A stretch of DNA of 32,000 nucleotides from Neglectibacter caecimuris (GCF_034335015.1 NZ_JAWXXK010000008.1:64833-96832), one strand, 5' to 3'; shown: positions 1-8,809, counted from the stretch's first letter. Notes: generated from the letters alone by a model not told the origin. Translations and numbers: made by a program.

Positions 1-2
1 AT

Positions 3-194
3 GACAGGAATGTCTATTTTATTGTGGACCGCTGCAATCCCGGACTTACCGACCTGTTCCTTGCGCAGGCAAGGCGGGAGTGTGTGCAGGCTCAGGAGCA
101 GAAACCTTCTGTCCGTGACAGCCTGAATAAAAGCGCCGGGCAGCAGGCGGCGCATAGTGATAAAACGAAAATGAAAAAAGAGCAGGCACGATAA
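3..194 (+). CDS. 3-prime end of an upstream gene (hypothetical). Its position matches that of a relaxosome accessory (MobC-type) gene.
   Basis: Frame 3 is open from the window edge to TAA at 192-194 (DRNVYFIVDRCNPGLTDLFLAQARRE...KKEQAR*) and ends 32 nt before the relaxase start. Function is inferred from position only. Confidence 0.3.
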   Translation, partial: DRNVYFIVDRCNPGLTDLFLAQARRECVQAQEQKPSVRDSLNKSAGQQAAHSDKTKMKKEQAR

Positions 195-226
195 CAGAGC
201 CGGTTTTACAGTAAGGGGGTGATGGG

Positions 227-1627
227 ATGGCGACCACACGGCTCATGCCGCTGCACGTTGGAAAAGGCCGGGATGTTTCCACGGCCATAGCAGACATCAT
301 TGACTATGTGGAGAATCCGCAGAAAACTGATTTTGGGAAATTCATTTATGGTTATGAGTGCGACACCCGGACCGCCGATGCGGAATTTCTTTTATCCAAG
401 CGGCAGTATGCGAACTTGACCGGACGTGACCGGGGCGCGGATGATGTGATTGCCTACCATCTCCGGCAGGCGTTCAAGCCCGGTGAGGTCACGCCGGAAG
501 AAGCGAACCAGATCGGGCGGGAACTGGCATTGAAGCTGACGAAGGGAAACCATGCTTTTGTTGTCTGCACCCATGTGGATAAACACCATGTCCATAACCA
601 CATTATCATAAACTCTACAACGCTGGACTGTCAGAAAAAATTCCGCAACTTCTGGGGTTCCACCTGGGCAATCCGGCGCATGAATGACAAGCTGTGCCTG
701 GAGCATGGGCTTTCCATTGTAGAGAATCCGAAACCCAGCCGCGACCATTACGGCACATGGATGGGAAGTCAGAAACAGCCTTCCCACCAGGAACAGCTAC
801 GCTGGGCTATTGACGCTGCTCTGGAAGAAAAGCCGAAAGACTTTGAAGAACTTTTGAAGAAGCTGGAGGCGGCTGGGATTGAAGTCAACCAAGAGCGGAA
901 GTACCTCCGTTTTCGCCTGTCACCGGAGGATCGATATACCCGGTGTGATACGCTAAAGGGCGACTATACTGAGCAGGCCATCAAAGAACGGATCGCCGGC
1001 ACCCGGATGGTGAAGCTGCGCCGTACCTCTCCCCCAAAGCCGGTTTCCAAAGTTGGGCTGCTGGTGGACATTGAGGCGGCGGTCCGCTCCGGCAAGGGTC
1101 CAGGGTATGAACGCTGGGCGAAGGTGTTCAACTTAAAACAGCTCTCCCAGGCGGTGATCTGGCTCAAAGAGCATGGCGATATGAGCTATGAGGATTTGCA
1201 GAAAAGATCAGACGCCGCTACCGACAGCTTCAATGCGTTGTCGGCACAGATCAAGGAACTGGAATCGCAGATGACCGCCAACGGGGAACTGCAGAAACAG
1301 ATCGTAAATTATGCCAAGACGCGGGCGGTCTATGTGGAGTACCGGAAAGCCGGGTACAGCAAAAAGTTCCGCGCGGCGCATGAGGCAGAAATCCTTCTGC
1401 ACCAGGCGGCGAAGAAACACTTTGACGAAGTTGGGATCACAAAGCTGCCCTCAGTCAAATCTCTGCGGGAGGAATACACCGGACTTCTGGAACAGAAACG
1501 GAAAGCCTATTCTTCCTATAAACAGGCCAGAGCAGATATGAGGGAGCTGTATAATGTCCGGGCGAATGTGGATTACTTGTTGAATGTATCTACCATTGAG
1601 CAGAATCGAGATAAGACACGACAATAA
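227..1627 (+). CDS. Relaxase/mobilization nuclease (MobA/VirD2-type, pfam03432-like)
   Basis: 466-aa ORF. SD AAGGGGG lies at 212-218. The N-terminal domain carries the histidine triad HVDKHHVHNHIIIN typical of HUH relaxases. Confidence 0.9.
   Translation: MATTRLMPLHVGKGRDVSTAIADIIDYVENPQKTDFGKFIYGYECDTRTADAEFLLSKRQYANLTGRDRGADDVIAYHLRQAFKPGEVTPEEANQIGRELALKLTKGNHAFVVCTHVDKHHVHNHIIINSTTLDCQKKFRNFWGSTWAIRRMNDKLCLEHGLSIVENPKPSRDHYGTWMGSQKQPSHQEQLRWAIDAALEEKPKDFEELLKKLEAAGIEVNQERKYLRFRLSPEDRYTRCDTLKGDYTEQAIKERIAGTRMVKLRRTSPPKPVSKVGLLVDIEAAVRSGKGPGYERWAKVFNLKQLSQAVIWLKEHGDMSYEDLQKRSDAATDSFNALSAQIKELESQMTANGELQKQIVNYAKTRAVYVEYRKAGYSKKFRAAHEAEILLHQAAKKHFDEVGITKLPSVKSLREEYTGLLEQKRKAYSSYKQARADMRELYNVRANVDYLLNVSTIEQNRDKTRQ
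837..1548 (+). repeat. Direct repeat copy A (relaxase 3-prime part), collinear with 6967-7678
   Basis: The offset of 6130 bp is constant along the repeat, and nested ORF-track entries shift by exactly 6130. I counted 14 aa differences in about 237 aligned codons by eye, with no indels. Confidence 0.9.
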
Positions 1628-1735
1628 TAGTATTCCAAATTCATTTGCGTATTTTAAGAAAAGTAGAAAATCTTTATGGAATCTTCAAAATTGCCCGGTA
1701 TGCTATCCGTAAAATCAAAGAAAGGACTTGATTAT

Positions 1736-2437
1736 ATGGATATGATTTTGAAAACGATTGACCTCTGCAAATCTTTCAGCGGGCAGATGGCCGTAAATAA
1801 TATATCGCTGAACATTGAAAAAAATTCCGTCTATGGACTATTGGGACCGAACGGAGCTGGAAAGTCTACAACGCTCAAAATGATTACAGGCATTTTAAAA
1901 CCGAACTCTGGAAGTATAGAGTTTGACGGCCACCTGTGGAAGCGGAATGATCTGGAGCATATCGGCGCGTTGATCGAGATGCCCCCGCTTTACGAAAATC
2001 TGACTGCATACGAAAATCTCAAAGTCAGAACTGCATTGCTCGGCCTGGACGATGCACGAATTAACGAGGTATTGCAAATTGTCCAGCTCACAAATACCGG
2101 CAAGAAACGGGTCGGGCAGTTTTCTCTTGGCATGAAGCAGCGGCTTGGAATTGCGATTGCATTACTGAATCATCCGAAGCTGCTCATTCTTGACGAGCCT
2201 ACAAACGGTCTTGACCCAGTGGGAATTGAAGAACTCAGGGAGCTGATCAGTTCCTTCCCCGCAAAAGGCATTACCGTTATTTTGTCCAGTCACATTCTTT
2301 CGGAAGTGCAGCAGATAGCCGACCATATTGGCATTATTGCGGGCGGTATTTTAGGATATGAAGGGAAACTGAATGCGAATGAAAATCTGGAACAGCTTTT
2401 TATGGACGTTGTAAAGAGTAATCACAGGGAGGGTTAA
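1736..2437 (+). CDS. Lantibiotic-protection type ABC transporter ATP-binding subunit (LanF/MutF/EpiF-like)
   Basis: Walker A GPNGAGKST, signature FSLGMKQRL and Walker B LLILDEPTNGLD. Followed by two LanE/LanG-like permeases. The start at 1736 (MDMILKT) is preferred over the ORF-track start 1676. Confidence 0.85.
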   Translation: MDMILKTIDLCKSFSGQMAVNNISLNIEKNSVYGLLGPNGAGKSTTLKMITGILKPNSGSIEFDGHLWKRNDLEHIGALIEMPPLYENLTAYENLKVRTALLGLDDARINEVLQIVQLTNTGKKRVGQFSLGMKQRLGIAIALLNHPKLLILDEPTNGLDPVGIEELRELISSFPAKGITVILSSHILSEVQQIADHIGIIAGGILGYEGKLNANENLEQLFMDVVKSNHREG

Positions 2438-2440
2438 GGT

Positions 2441-3160
2441 ATGAACTACTTAAAATCAGAACATTTAAAATTCAAACGGTCAATAGCAAACAAACTGATT
2501 TTCATCATTCCCTTTCTCACAGCTATCTTTGCATGGCTTATCGGCGGTTTTTATGGTTTCCAGTATATGACTCTTTACTGGTGGTATGCTTTCCTGCTTC
2601 CGGGGGCAATCGCAATTTTATGTTCGCTGTCACATCGGAAAGAAGAAAACGCAGGTAAATACTATTCCATATATTCTATGCCTGTGAATCTTTCAGAATT
2701 TGAACTGGCAAAGGGGATTATTCTGATTGAAAAGTTACTTATCGCAGGAATATTTTTAGCGGTACTTATCTCTGTCAGCAGTGTTATTTCCCCAGCAACG
2801 GCAGTATATTCCGTTCCACAAAGCATAGCGGGCAGTATAGCAATTATCCTTGCATCTGTATGGCAGATTCCGTTGTGTTTATACCTTGCTCGCAAAGCAG
2901 GATTGTTTGTACCGATCATAGTAAATACTATACTTGGTATATTTATCCCTATCCTATTGGGAAATACGGCGGTCTGGTGGTTAGTACCTTATTGCTATGC
3001 GGCAAAATTGGCAGAGCCTCTTATGGGAATTGAACTCCGGGGAACCTTTGCGGGAAATACTGGATTTTCTATAACTATTCTGATTTCCCTCGTGTTGTCA
3101 ATATTCCTGTTTTTTGTTTTGTCTTTCGTGGACGCAAAGGATTTTTCAAAAAGGAGGTGA
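2441..3160 (+). CDS. Lantibiotic immunity ABC transporter permease (MutE/EpiE-like)
   Basis: 239-aa polytopic membrane protein with the N-terminus MNYLKSEHLKFKRS typical of LanE-type permeases. It starts 4 nt after the ATPase stop. Confidence 0.75.
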   Translation: MNYLKSEHLKFKRSIANKLIFIIPFLTAIFAWLIGGFYGFQYMTLYWWYAFLLPGAIAILCSLSHRKEENAGKYYSIYSMPVNLSEFELAKGIILIEKLLIAGIFLAVLISVSSVISPATAVYSVPQSIAGSIAIILASVWQIPLCLYLARKAGLFVPIIVNTILGIFIPILLGNTAVWWLVPYCYAAKLAEPLMGIELRGTFAGNTGFSITILISLVLSIFLFFVLSFVDAKDFSKRR

Positions 3161-3164
3161 CGAA

Positions 3165-3896
3165 ATGGGATTTCTTGGTGCAGTTCATTCCGAACTGGTC
3201 AAAACAAAGCATACGCCATTGGGAATTATTCATTTATGTATACCTGTTATGGGAGCGTTGCTGTTTGTTGTTTACTATTTTCTGTATGGCAGCACAGCAG
3301 ACGGTAAAAAACTAAAAATGATATTAGAACTCACAGCAACGGTTTTTCCTTTGTTGATCAGCGTTATTGTTGGCCTGAATATTACATTAGAAGAAAAGGC
3401 TTCCCATTTCCAGCCATTGCTCGCCGTACCAAACCGGCGCAAGATGATACTTGCAAAATTAACTTATCTTTATGGCGCGGGGATCACCTCGTTATCCTGT
3501 CTGTTCCTGCTATTCGTATTTGGAATACAATTTTTGGGAATAGCTGATACAGTGCAGCTTGGCACACTAACCAGGGCAGCCGCGGGAATCGCATTCTGTA
3601 ATTTGATTATCTATGTCCTGCACCTGTTTCTCAGCCTTAAATTTGGCTTGGGTATCTCACTGTTTTGGGGCGTGTTTGAAAGTATGCAGTGTATTTTGTA
3701 TAGCAATATTGAGCTGAATGGCATAGCGCGGTATATCCCCTTCGCATGGTCTATGAACTGGGTGCGCGATATTTTGAATCATCAGATTTTTGCTCATGGG
3801 ACAGAATGGGTATGGATTGCTGTACTGACAATAGGCAGCTTACTGGTAACCTTATTATGGTTTTCTCATTGGGAAGGACGGAAAAATTATGAATAA
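3165..3896 (+). CDS. Lantibiotic immunity ABC transporter permease (MutG/EpiG-like)
   Basis: Polytopic membrane protein. SD AAGGAGG at 3151-3157 precedes ATG 3165 (MGFLGAVHSELVK). It is the second permease of the LanFEG-type set. Confidence 0.7.
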   Translation: MGFLGAVHSELVKTKHTPLGIIHLCIPVMGALLFVVYYFLYGSTADGKKLKMILELTATVFPLLISVIVGLNITLEEKASHFQPLLAVPNRRKMILAKLTYLYGAGITSLSCLFLLFVFGIQFLGIADTVQLGTLTRAAAGIAFCNLIIYVLHLFLSLKFGLGISLFWGVFESMQCILYSNIELNGIARYIPFAWSMNWVRDILNHQIFAHGTEWVWIAVLTIGSLLVTLLWFSHWEGRKNYE

Positions 3897-4704
3897 ATGT
3901 GGAAAAATGATGACGGCATTACTGGTCGCTTTTGTTGTTTGCTTTTCTCTTGCAGGCTGTTCTTTACAGGACAAAATCAAGGAATATTCCAGTAACAAGG
4001 AGCAATGCTATCTGGATGCGGAGAATGTGACGCAATTTTCCTATAAGGGAAATGACTATATCATTTTAGAGGACACCGTATTTAACGGCGGGCTTGGGGA
4101 ATGGGTTGGATATATCCGGCAGCTTACCGCCATAGACGAAGCGGGAAAAGTGTTGCTTCAAGAAAATGTGGAATCTGCCACCTTTCACACGTTGGCAGAT
4201 TTAGCGGAAAAAGCCCCGGAAGCCGCTTATATTATCCCTTTCTTGAATGTGTATGCAGCTCCCAATGCCGACACCTATCTGATTGTAGATGTAAATGGAG
4301 AATACCACAAAGCTATTACACATGAAAAACTGAAAGACACGGATATTGTCTTTGACTTTAAAGAAACGAAACAATCTATAAACGGCAGCTTTGAAGTCAA
4401 CCCGGCAAATGCTACGCAGCTCCTTTGTGATGGGACGGTCTATCAGGTAACGTCTGACGTGGTATCAAATGATGACTTAGGCAGATATATTGATATTCTC
4501 GCAGAAAGCGTTACATTCGATACCGAAACAAAAATCCCTTTTTCAAAGGAGGATTTGAACAAGATTGACTGGAACGGGGAGAATGCCGGGCAGGGGCGGG
4601 AGCAATGGTTTTACACAGATGTTTATGAGATTTATGGAACCGATACAACCGAAGCAGTTGCAGTCAAAGTAAATAACAGCTATCATATCGCAAAGCGGCA
4701 ATGA
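3889..4704 (+). CDS. Secreted lipoprotein of unknown function (candidate LanI-like immunity lipoprotein)
   Basis: Signal peptide with lipobox: MMTALLVAFVVCFSLAG-C. It overlaps the upstream permease stop by 8 nt, suggesting translational coupling. I recognised no domain. Confidence 0.7.
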   Translation: MNKCGKMMTALLVAFVVCFSLAGCSLQDKIKEYSSNKEQCYLDAENVTQFSYKGNDYIILEDTVFNGGLGEWVGYIRQLTAIDEAGKVLLQENVESATFHTLADLAEKAPEAAYIIPFLNVYAAPNADTYLIVDVNGEYHKAITHEKLKDTDIVFDFKETKQSINGSFEVNPANATQLLCDGTVYQVTSDVVSNDDLGRYIDILAESVTFDTETKIPFSKEDLNKIDWNGENAGQGREQWFYTDVYEIYGTDTTEAVAVKVNNSYHIAKRQ

Positions 4705-4728
4705 TGGTTTTTCTGCCCTTAAAGATTA

Positions 4729-4737
4729 TGCTATACT
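4729..4737 (+). promoter_or_regulatory. Extended -10 promoter element (TGcTATACT) upstream of the response regulator gene
   Basis: TG at 4729-4730 and TATACT at 4732-4737. The -35 is weak. The element lies 29 nt before the SD of the regulator gene. Confidence 0.3.
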
Positions 4738-4765
4738 GAAAAGAACAACGAAAGGAGGCGACAAT

Positions 4766-5425
4766 ATGGCAGCAATCCTTATGGTTGATGATGAACAGTC
4801 TATTTTAGAACTTGTCAAAAACGGGCTGCAAAAAGACGGACATCTCGTTACCATCTATACGTCTGCTGCACAGGTGCCACTTGATAAACTGAATAGGTAC
4901 GACTTGATTATACTGGATATTATGATGCCGGATATAGACGGCTTTTCCTATTGTGATAAAATCCGTTCCCTTGTGGATTGTCCGATTCTCTTTCTAACCG
5001 CAAAGACAATGGAAAATGATATTACATTTGGGCTGGGGCTGGGGGCAGATGACTATCTGACAAAACCTTTCCGCATTGCAGAACTCAGGGCACGGGTAAA
5101 CGCTCACTTACGCCGGGAGCACAGAGAACGGCATACGGCTCTTGCTTTTGACAGGATAAAAATAGATTTATCTGCAAAAGAATTACGGGTAGATAATACG
5201 CCTGTTCCCCTGACCAAAAGCGAATACCTGATTTGTGAATACCTTGCCCGGAATAAAGGACAGGTATTTTCAAAGGAACAGATTTACGAAGCGGTTTTTA
5301 GCTTAGAGGGCGACAGTGATAATTCCACCATTTCCACTCATATCAAAAATATTCGGGCGAAATTAAGTAAGTGGGATATTCAGCCGATTGTGACAGTCTG
5401 GGGGATTGGGTATAAATGGGAATGA
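4766..5425 (+). CDS. OmpR-family response regulator
   Basis: Receiver motifs (MVDDE, DLIILDIMMPDIDG, LTAK) plus a C-terminal wHTH ending VWGIGYKW. Confidence 0.9.
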   Translation: MAAILMVDDEQSILELVKNGLQKDGHLVTIYTSAAQVPLDKLNRYDLIILDIMMPDIDGFSYCDKIRSLVDCPILFLTAKTMENDITFGLGLGADDYLTKPFRIAELRARVNAHLRREHRERHTALAFDRIKIDLSAKELRVDNTPVPLTKSEYLICEYLARNKGQVFSKEQIYEAVFSLEGDSDNSTISTHIKNIRAKLSKWDIQPIVTVWGIGYKWE

Positions 5426-6780
5426 AGAAAACAACATCATTGAAAGCGTCTTTCTGGAAATTTTTATGTATGCTGCTTGTGGGACTGTTGGGGGCGGCAG
5501 CCGTCCCCTTCGGCCTTATTTTAGCCGGAACAAATATGGGCTTTATTACTTATGCCAATTATATGGAAAGCAGCGCAAAAAACCTCGCCCCGGTTATCGC
5601 TGCCACGCCGGATCTGGCAGACGTTCAGCTCCCTATGGGGTGCAGGTATCTGTTGCTGGATAAGAATTATCGGGTAGTAAAAACGTCCTTAGAGGGTGAA
5701 GATTTGGACTCGGCTATGGAATATGCCATATCGGGGAAGGCAAATCAAAATCCGGACAAGCAGTACTTATTTGTTACCCGTGAAAACGAATATGTGGTGC
5801 TTCAATACTATGTCGGTTCGCAGTTTACCAACGAATGGCTTTATGAGCATTTCCCATCGCCGGAAATCCTGCTGTATATTCTCATTGCCATAAACTGTAT
5901 AATGGTGTGCATAATCTTAACGGCAAAATTCGCAAAAAATCTACAGGTGCAGCTTTCCCCGCTTTTTGAAGCAACAGAACAGGTTGCACGGCAAAATCTT
6001 GATTTTGAAGTGGGACACTCCAAAATCAAAGAATTTGAGGATGTACTTTGTTCTTTTTCCGATATGAAAAACAATCTGAAATCATCTTTAGAAAAACAAT
6101 GGGACGCAGAGCGATTACAAAGGGAGCAAATCGCGGCGCTTGCTCATGACTTAAAAACACCGTTGACTGTCGTTCAAGGAAATATCGACCTTATAAGTGA
6201 AACGGAACTTGACGACGAGCAGCGGTTATATGCTGGGTATATTACAGAAAGCTCCGAACAGATGGGTGTTTATATTAGGACGCTAATAGATATATCCCGG
6301 ACTGCCTCCGGGTATCAGCTTAATTTAGAAAAATTTGATATGGCTGATTATATGGAGCTGATAGAAGCCCGGGCAAGCTCTATGTGTCTTACGAAAGGAA
6401 TTTCCTTACACATGGAAACCGGCATAGATTTAGGTGTTTTTAAAGCGGATAAAATGCTGCTGGAACGGGCGATTATGAATGTGATTGCCAATGCGCTAGA
6501 CTACTCTCCTACAAAAGGAACCATCTATATAGTAACGAAAAAGGCAGACAACTTTCTGCAAATCTCCATAACGGACGAGGGCAGCGGTTTTACCCCGGAA
6601 GCCCTGCATCATGCACACGAGCAATTTTTCATGAGTGACCATAGCCGGACTTCTAACCTGCATTTTGGTATGGGACTTTATATTACAAGCTGCATTACCA
6701 GGCAGCATAACGGGCAGCTCATATTGGAAAATTCTGATATAACAAACGGCGCACAGGTCATTATAAAAATCCCATATTAG
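5416..6780 (+). CDS. Sensor histidine kinase (two TM segments with an extracytoplasmic loop)
   Basis: H-box LAHDLKTPLT, N-box NVIANALDYS and G-boxes DEGSGF and GMGLYI. It overlaps the regulator stop. An alternative start is at 5422. Confidence 0.85.
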   Translation: MGMKKTTSLKASFWKFLCMLLVGLLGAAAVPFGLILAGTNMGFITYANYMESSAKNLAPVIAATPDLADVQLPMGCRYLLLDKNYRVVKTSLEGEDLDSAMEYAISGKANQNPDKQYLFVTRENEYVVLQYYVGSQFTNEWLYEHFPSPEILLYILIAINCIMVCIILTAKFAKNLQVQLSPLFEATEQVARQNLDFEVGHSKIKEFEDVLCSFSDMKNNLKSSLEKQWDAERLQREQIAALAHDLKTPLTVVQGNIDLISETELDDEQRLYAGYITESSEQMGVYIRTLIDISRTASGYQLNLEKFDMADYMELIEARASSMCLTKGISLHMETGIDLGVFKADKMLLERAIMNVIANALDYSPTKGTIYIVTKKADNFLQISITDEGSGFTPEALHHAHEQFFMSDHSRTSNLHFGMGLYITSCITRQHNGQLILENSDITNGAQVIIKIPY

Positions 6781-6919
6781 AAAGTAGTGGGCGGTATTGC
6801 GGTATCGTCCATTATTGGTTTGAGTTGACTGTGAAAGAATTTGATGCCATCCATCTTCTCATTGCAAATCGAAAACGGGTATTGCTGTCCTTTTATTTGG
6901 AGGCGGCAACCTATAATCA

Positions 6920-6965
6920 AGCGTTCCAACGGAACGCGCAGCCATCACCGCAGGTGATGATCTCA
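6920..6965 (+). repeat. 46-bp twin-hairpin element, copy 1
   Basis: GCGTTCC-AAC-GGAACGC (6921-6937), spacer GCAGC, CATCACC-GCA-GGTGATG (6943-6959), then ATCTCA. It matches 9737-9782 with one mismatch. The copy ends exactly where relaxase homology resumes at 6967. Confidence 0.85.
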
Positions 6966-6966
6966 A

Positions 6967-7748
6967 AAGACTTTGAAGAACTTTTGAAGAAGCTGGAGGC
7001 GGCTGGGATTGAAGTCAACCAAGAGCGGAAGTACCTCCGTTTTCGCCTGTCGCCGGAGGATCGATATAGCCGGTGTGACACGCTAAAGGGCGACTATACC
7101 GAGCAGGCCATCAAAGAACGGATCGCCGGCACCCGGACGGTGAAGCCGCGTCGTACCTCTCCCCAAAAGCCGGTTTCCAAAGTCGGCCTGCTGGTGGATA
7201 TTGAGTCGGCGATCCGTTCCGGCAAAGGGCCGGGGTATGAACGCTGGGCGAAGGTGTTCAACTTAAAGCAGCTTTCCCAGGCGGTGATCTGGCTCAAAGA
7301 GCATGGCGATATGAGCTATGAGGATTTGCAGAAAAAATCAGATGCCGCTACCGCCAGCTTCAATGCGTTGTCGGTACAGATCAAGGAACTGGAATCACAG
7401 ATGACCGCCAACGGAGAGCTGCAGAAACAGATCGTAAATTATGCCAAGACGCGGGCGGTCTATGTGGAGTACCGGAAAGCCGGGTACAGCAAAAAGTTCC
7501 GCGCGGCGCATGAGACGGAAATCCTTCTGCACCAGGCGGCGAAGAAACACTTTGACGAGCTGGGGATCACAAAGCTGCCCTCCATCAAATCTCTGCGGGA
7601 GGAATACGCCGGACTTCTGGAACAGAAACGAAAAGCCTATTCTTCTTATAAGCAGGCCAGAGCCGATATGAAAGAGCTTTAGTTAAAGCCAATGGACTAT
7701 CTGTTGGGCGGGTCTGTGATGGAACGGGAGCGGGATAATGCACGCTAG
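6967..7748 (+). pseudogene. 5-prime-truncated relaxase gene fragment (C-terminal ~260 codons) with an in-frame premature stop
   Basis: Collinear with 837-1627 of the intact relaxase. It lacks the whole HUH nuclease domain. TAG at 7680-7682 replaces the Tyr codon of copy A, and residual homology (DYLL...) continues in frame to TAG at 7746-7748. The ORF-track start at 6825 is read-through from unrelated sequence. Confidence 0.8.
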
Positions 7749-7821
7749 TGATAGCTTTGTTTTTTAATCCAATTGCTTAAATTATAATTCAATGTTCAGG
7801 AAAGAAATTTTTCAAAAACTA

Positions 7822-7852
7822 TTGACTTTGACGTTCCGTCATACCGTAAAAT
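7822..7852 (+). promoter_or_regulatory. MerR-type promoter: TTGACT-N19-TAAAAT with a dyad in the spacer
   Basis: -35 at 7822-7827 and -10 at 7847-7852, with a 19-bp spacer containing TGACG-ttc-CGTCA (7829-7841). It lies 34 nt upstream of the DUF2268-MerR operon. Confidence 0.6.
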
Positions 7853-7885
7853 AAGGTTACAAAATATTGAAAGGAAGTACAAAAT

Positions 7886-8809
7886 ATGAACATCCTAAAA
7901 GTACAGGCCGTTCGTTCTGACGGTATCTACAGAAAAATCATGGAAGCGCCAGCTTCTAAAAAAAATGATATTTATCGCTATGAAATGATGAAGCCTTTTG
8001 AAAAGAAATGGGCCTGCTACAATGTGCCAATGAAGGCTGCACAACCGAATGGCTATGATGTTATTATGGCAAGTGGTATGTTGGGCTTTCTTCTGCCAGA
8101 AAAAATTGATGGAACATGGGCCCAAAGTATTATACTGTTGGACGACAACCAATTTTGGGATAACTGTCAAAAGTCTATCGAGCGGTCATTAAAGTGTTTT
8201 TCCGATGCTGGAATAGAATTTCCTGTGAAAGAATATCTATACACTGTTTTGCTGGCTGACCCCCAAAATCCTTATTCGATAATGAATGACAATTACTGTG
8301 GAGATGGAGGTATTCCCGGCTACATTTTTACATGGCTTGTTCCATCTGAACACACTAAGAGCAGACTTCCCGTAGCGTTGGCACATGAAACAAATCATAA
8401 TGTCCGTTTCCAGTTTATAAAATGGCACAATGACATTACTCTTGCTGAAATGATGATAAGTGAGGGCCTTGCTGAAAACTTTGCTACTTACCTATATGGT
8501 GAGGAAAATGTAGGACCGTGGGTAAGCAAGACAGATATGGAAACTTTGAACGGATATATTAAACCCATCATCCGGGAAGGGCTGGATGTACAAGGCTTAG
8601 ATAACCTGACAGCATATCTATATGGTGATGAAATGGCTCAAATGCAAAATTATTTTCCTGTTGGTTTACCCTATTGTGCTGGATATGCTTGTGGCTATCA
8701 TATGATAAAATATTATCTGAAAAAAACAGGAAAATCTATCATTGAAGCTACCATGACACCTGCTGATGAAATATTAAAAGAAGTGGAGGGATTTTGGAAT
8801 GAATCCTAA
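7886..8809 (+). CDS. Putative Zn-dependent protease (DUF2268-like)
   Basis: 307-aa ORF with an HExxH motif (ALAHETNHNV) and a downstream EGLAENFA segment. The family assignment is from memory of DUF2268 features. Confidence 0.6.
   Translation: MNILKVQAVRSDGIYRKIMEAPASKKNDIYRYEMMKPFEKKWACYNVPMKAAQPNGYDVIMASGMLGFLLPEKIDGTWAQSIILLDDNQFWDNCQKSIERSLKCFSDAGIEFPVKEYLYTVLLADPQNPYSIMNDNYCGDGGIPGYIFTWLVPSEHTKSRLPVALAHETNHNVRFQFIKWHNDITLAEMMISEGLAENFATYLYGEENVGPWVSKTDMETLNGYIKPIIREGLDVQGLDNLTAYLYGDEMAQMQNYFPVGLPYCAGYACGYHMIKYYLKKTGKSIIEATMTPADEILKEVEGFWNES

Noticed and set aside
1-126. Frame-1 ORF beginning with ATG at position 1
   Set aside because: The ATG is a coincidence of the window edge. The translation (MTGMSILLWTAAIPDLPTCSLRRQGGSVCRLRS...) is implausible, and frame 3 gives a better-looking C-terminus ending just before the relaxase.
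46-1420. Antisense or alternative-frame ORF-track entries inside the relaxase gene (46-300 minus, 392-787 minus, 964-1167 minus, 1208-1420 minus, 1311-1541 plus), and their duplicates at 7094-7297 and 7441-7671
   Set aside because: They lie fully inside a strongly supported gene, have no SD sequences and have Arg/Pro/Cys-rich low-complexity translations typical of off-frame reading of moderately GC-rich coding DNA.
4101-4325. Nested short ORFs inside well-supported genes (for example 4101-4325, 5406-5663, 5696-5893, 11275-11472, 18009-18203, 25320-25514 and 30185-30385)
   Set aside because: They are alternative-frame ORFs within genes that have clear domain signatures. They show no independent translation signals or recognisable motifs.
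6825-7682. The 285-aa ORF as an intact gene
   Set aside because: Its first ~47 codons are read-through of non-coding sequence that includes the twin-hairpin element, and the rest is a 5-prime-truncated relaxase copy. I called it a pseudogene instead.
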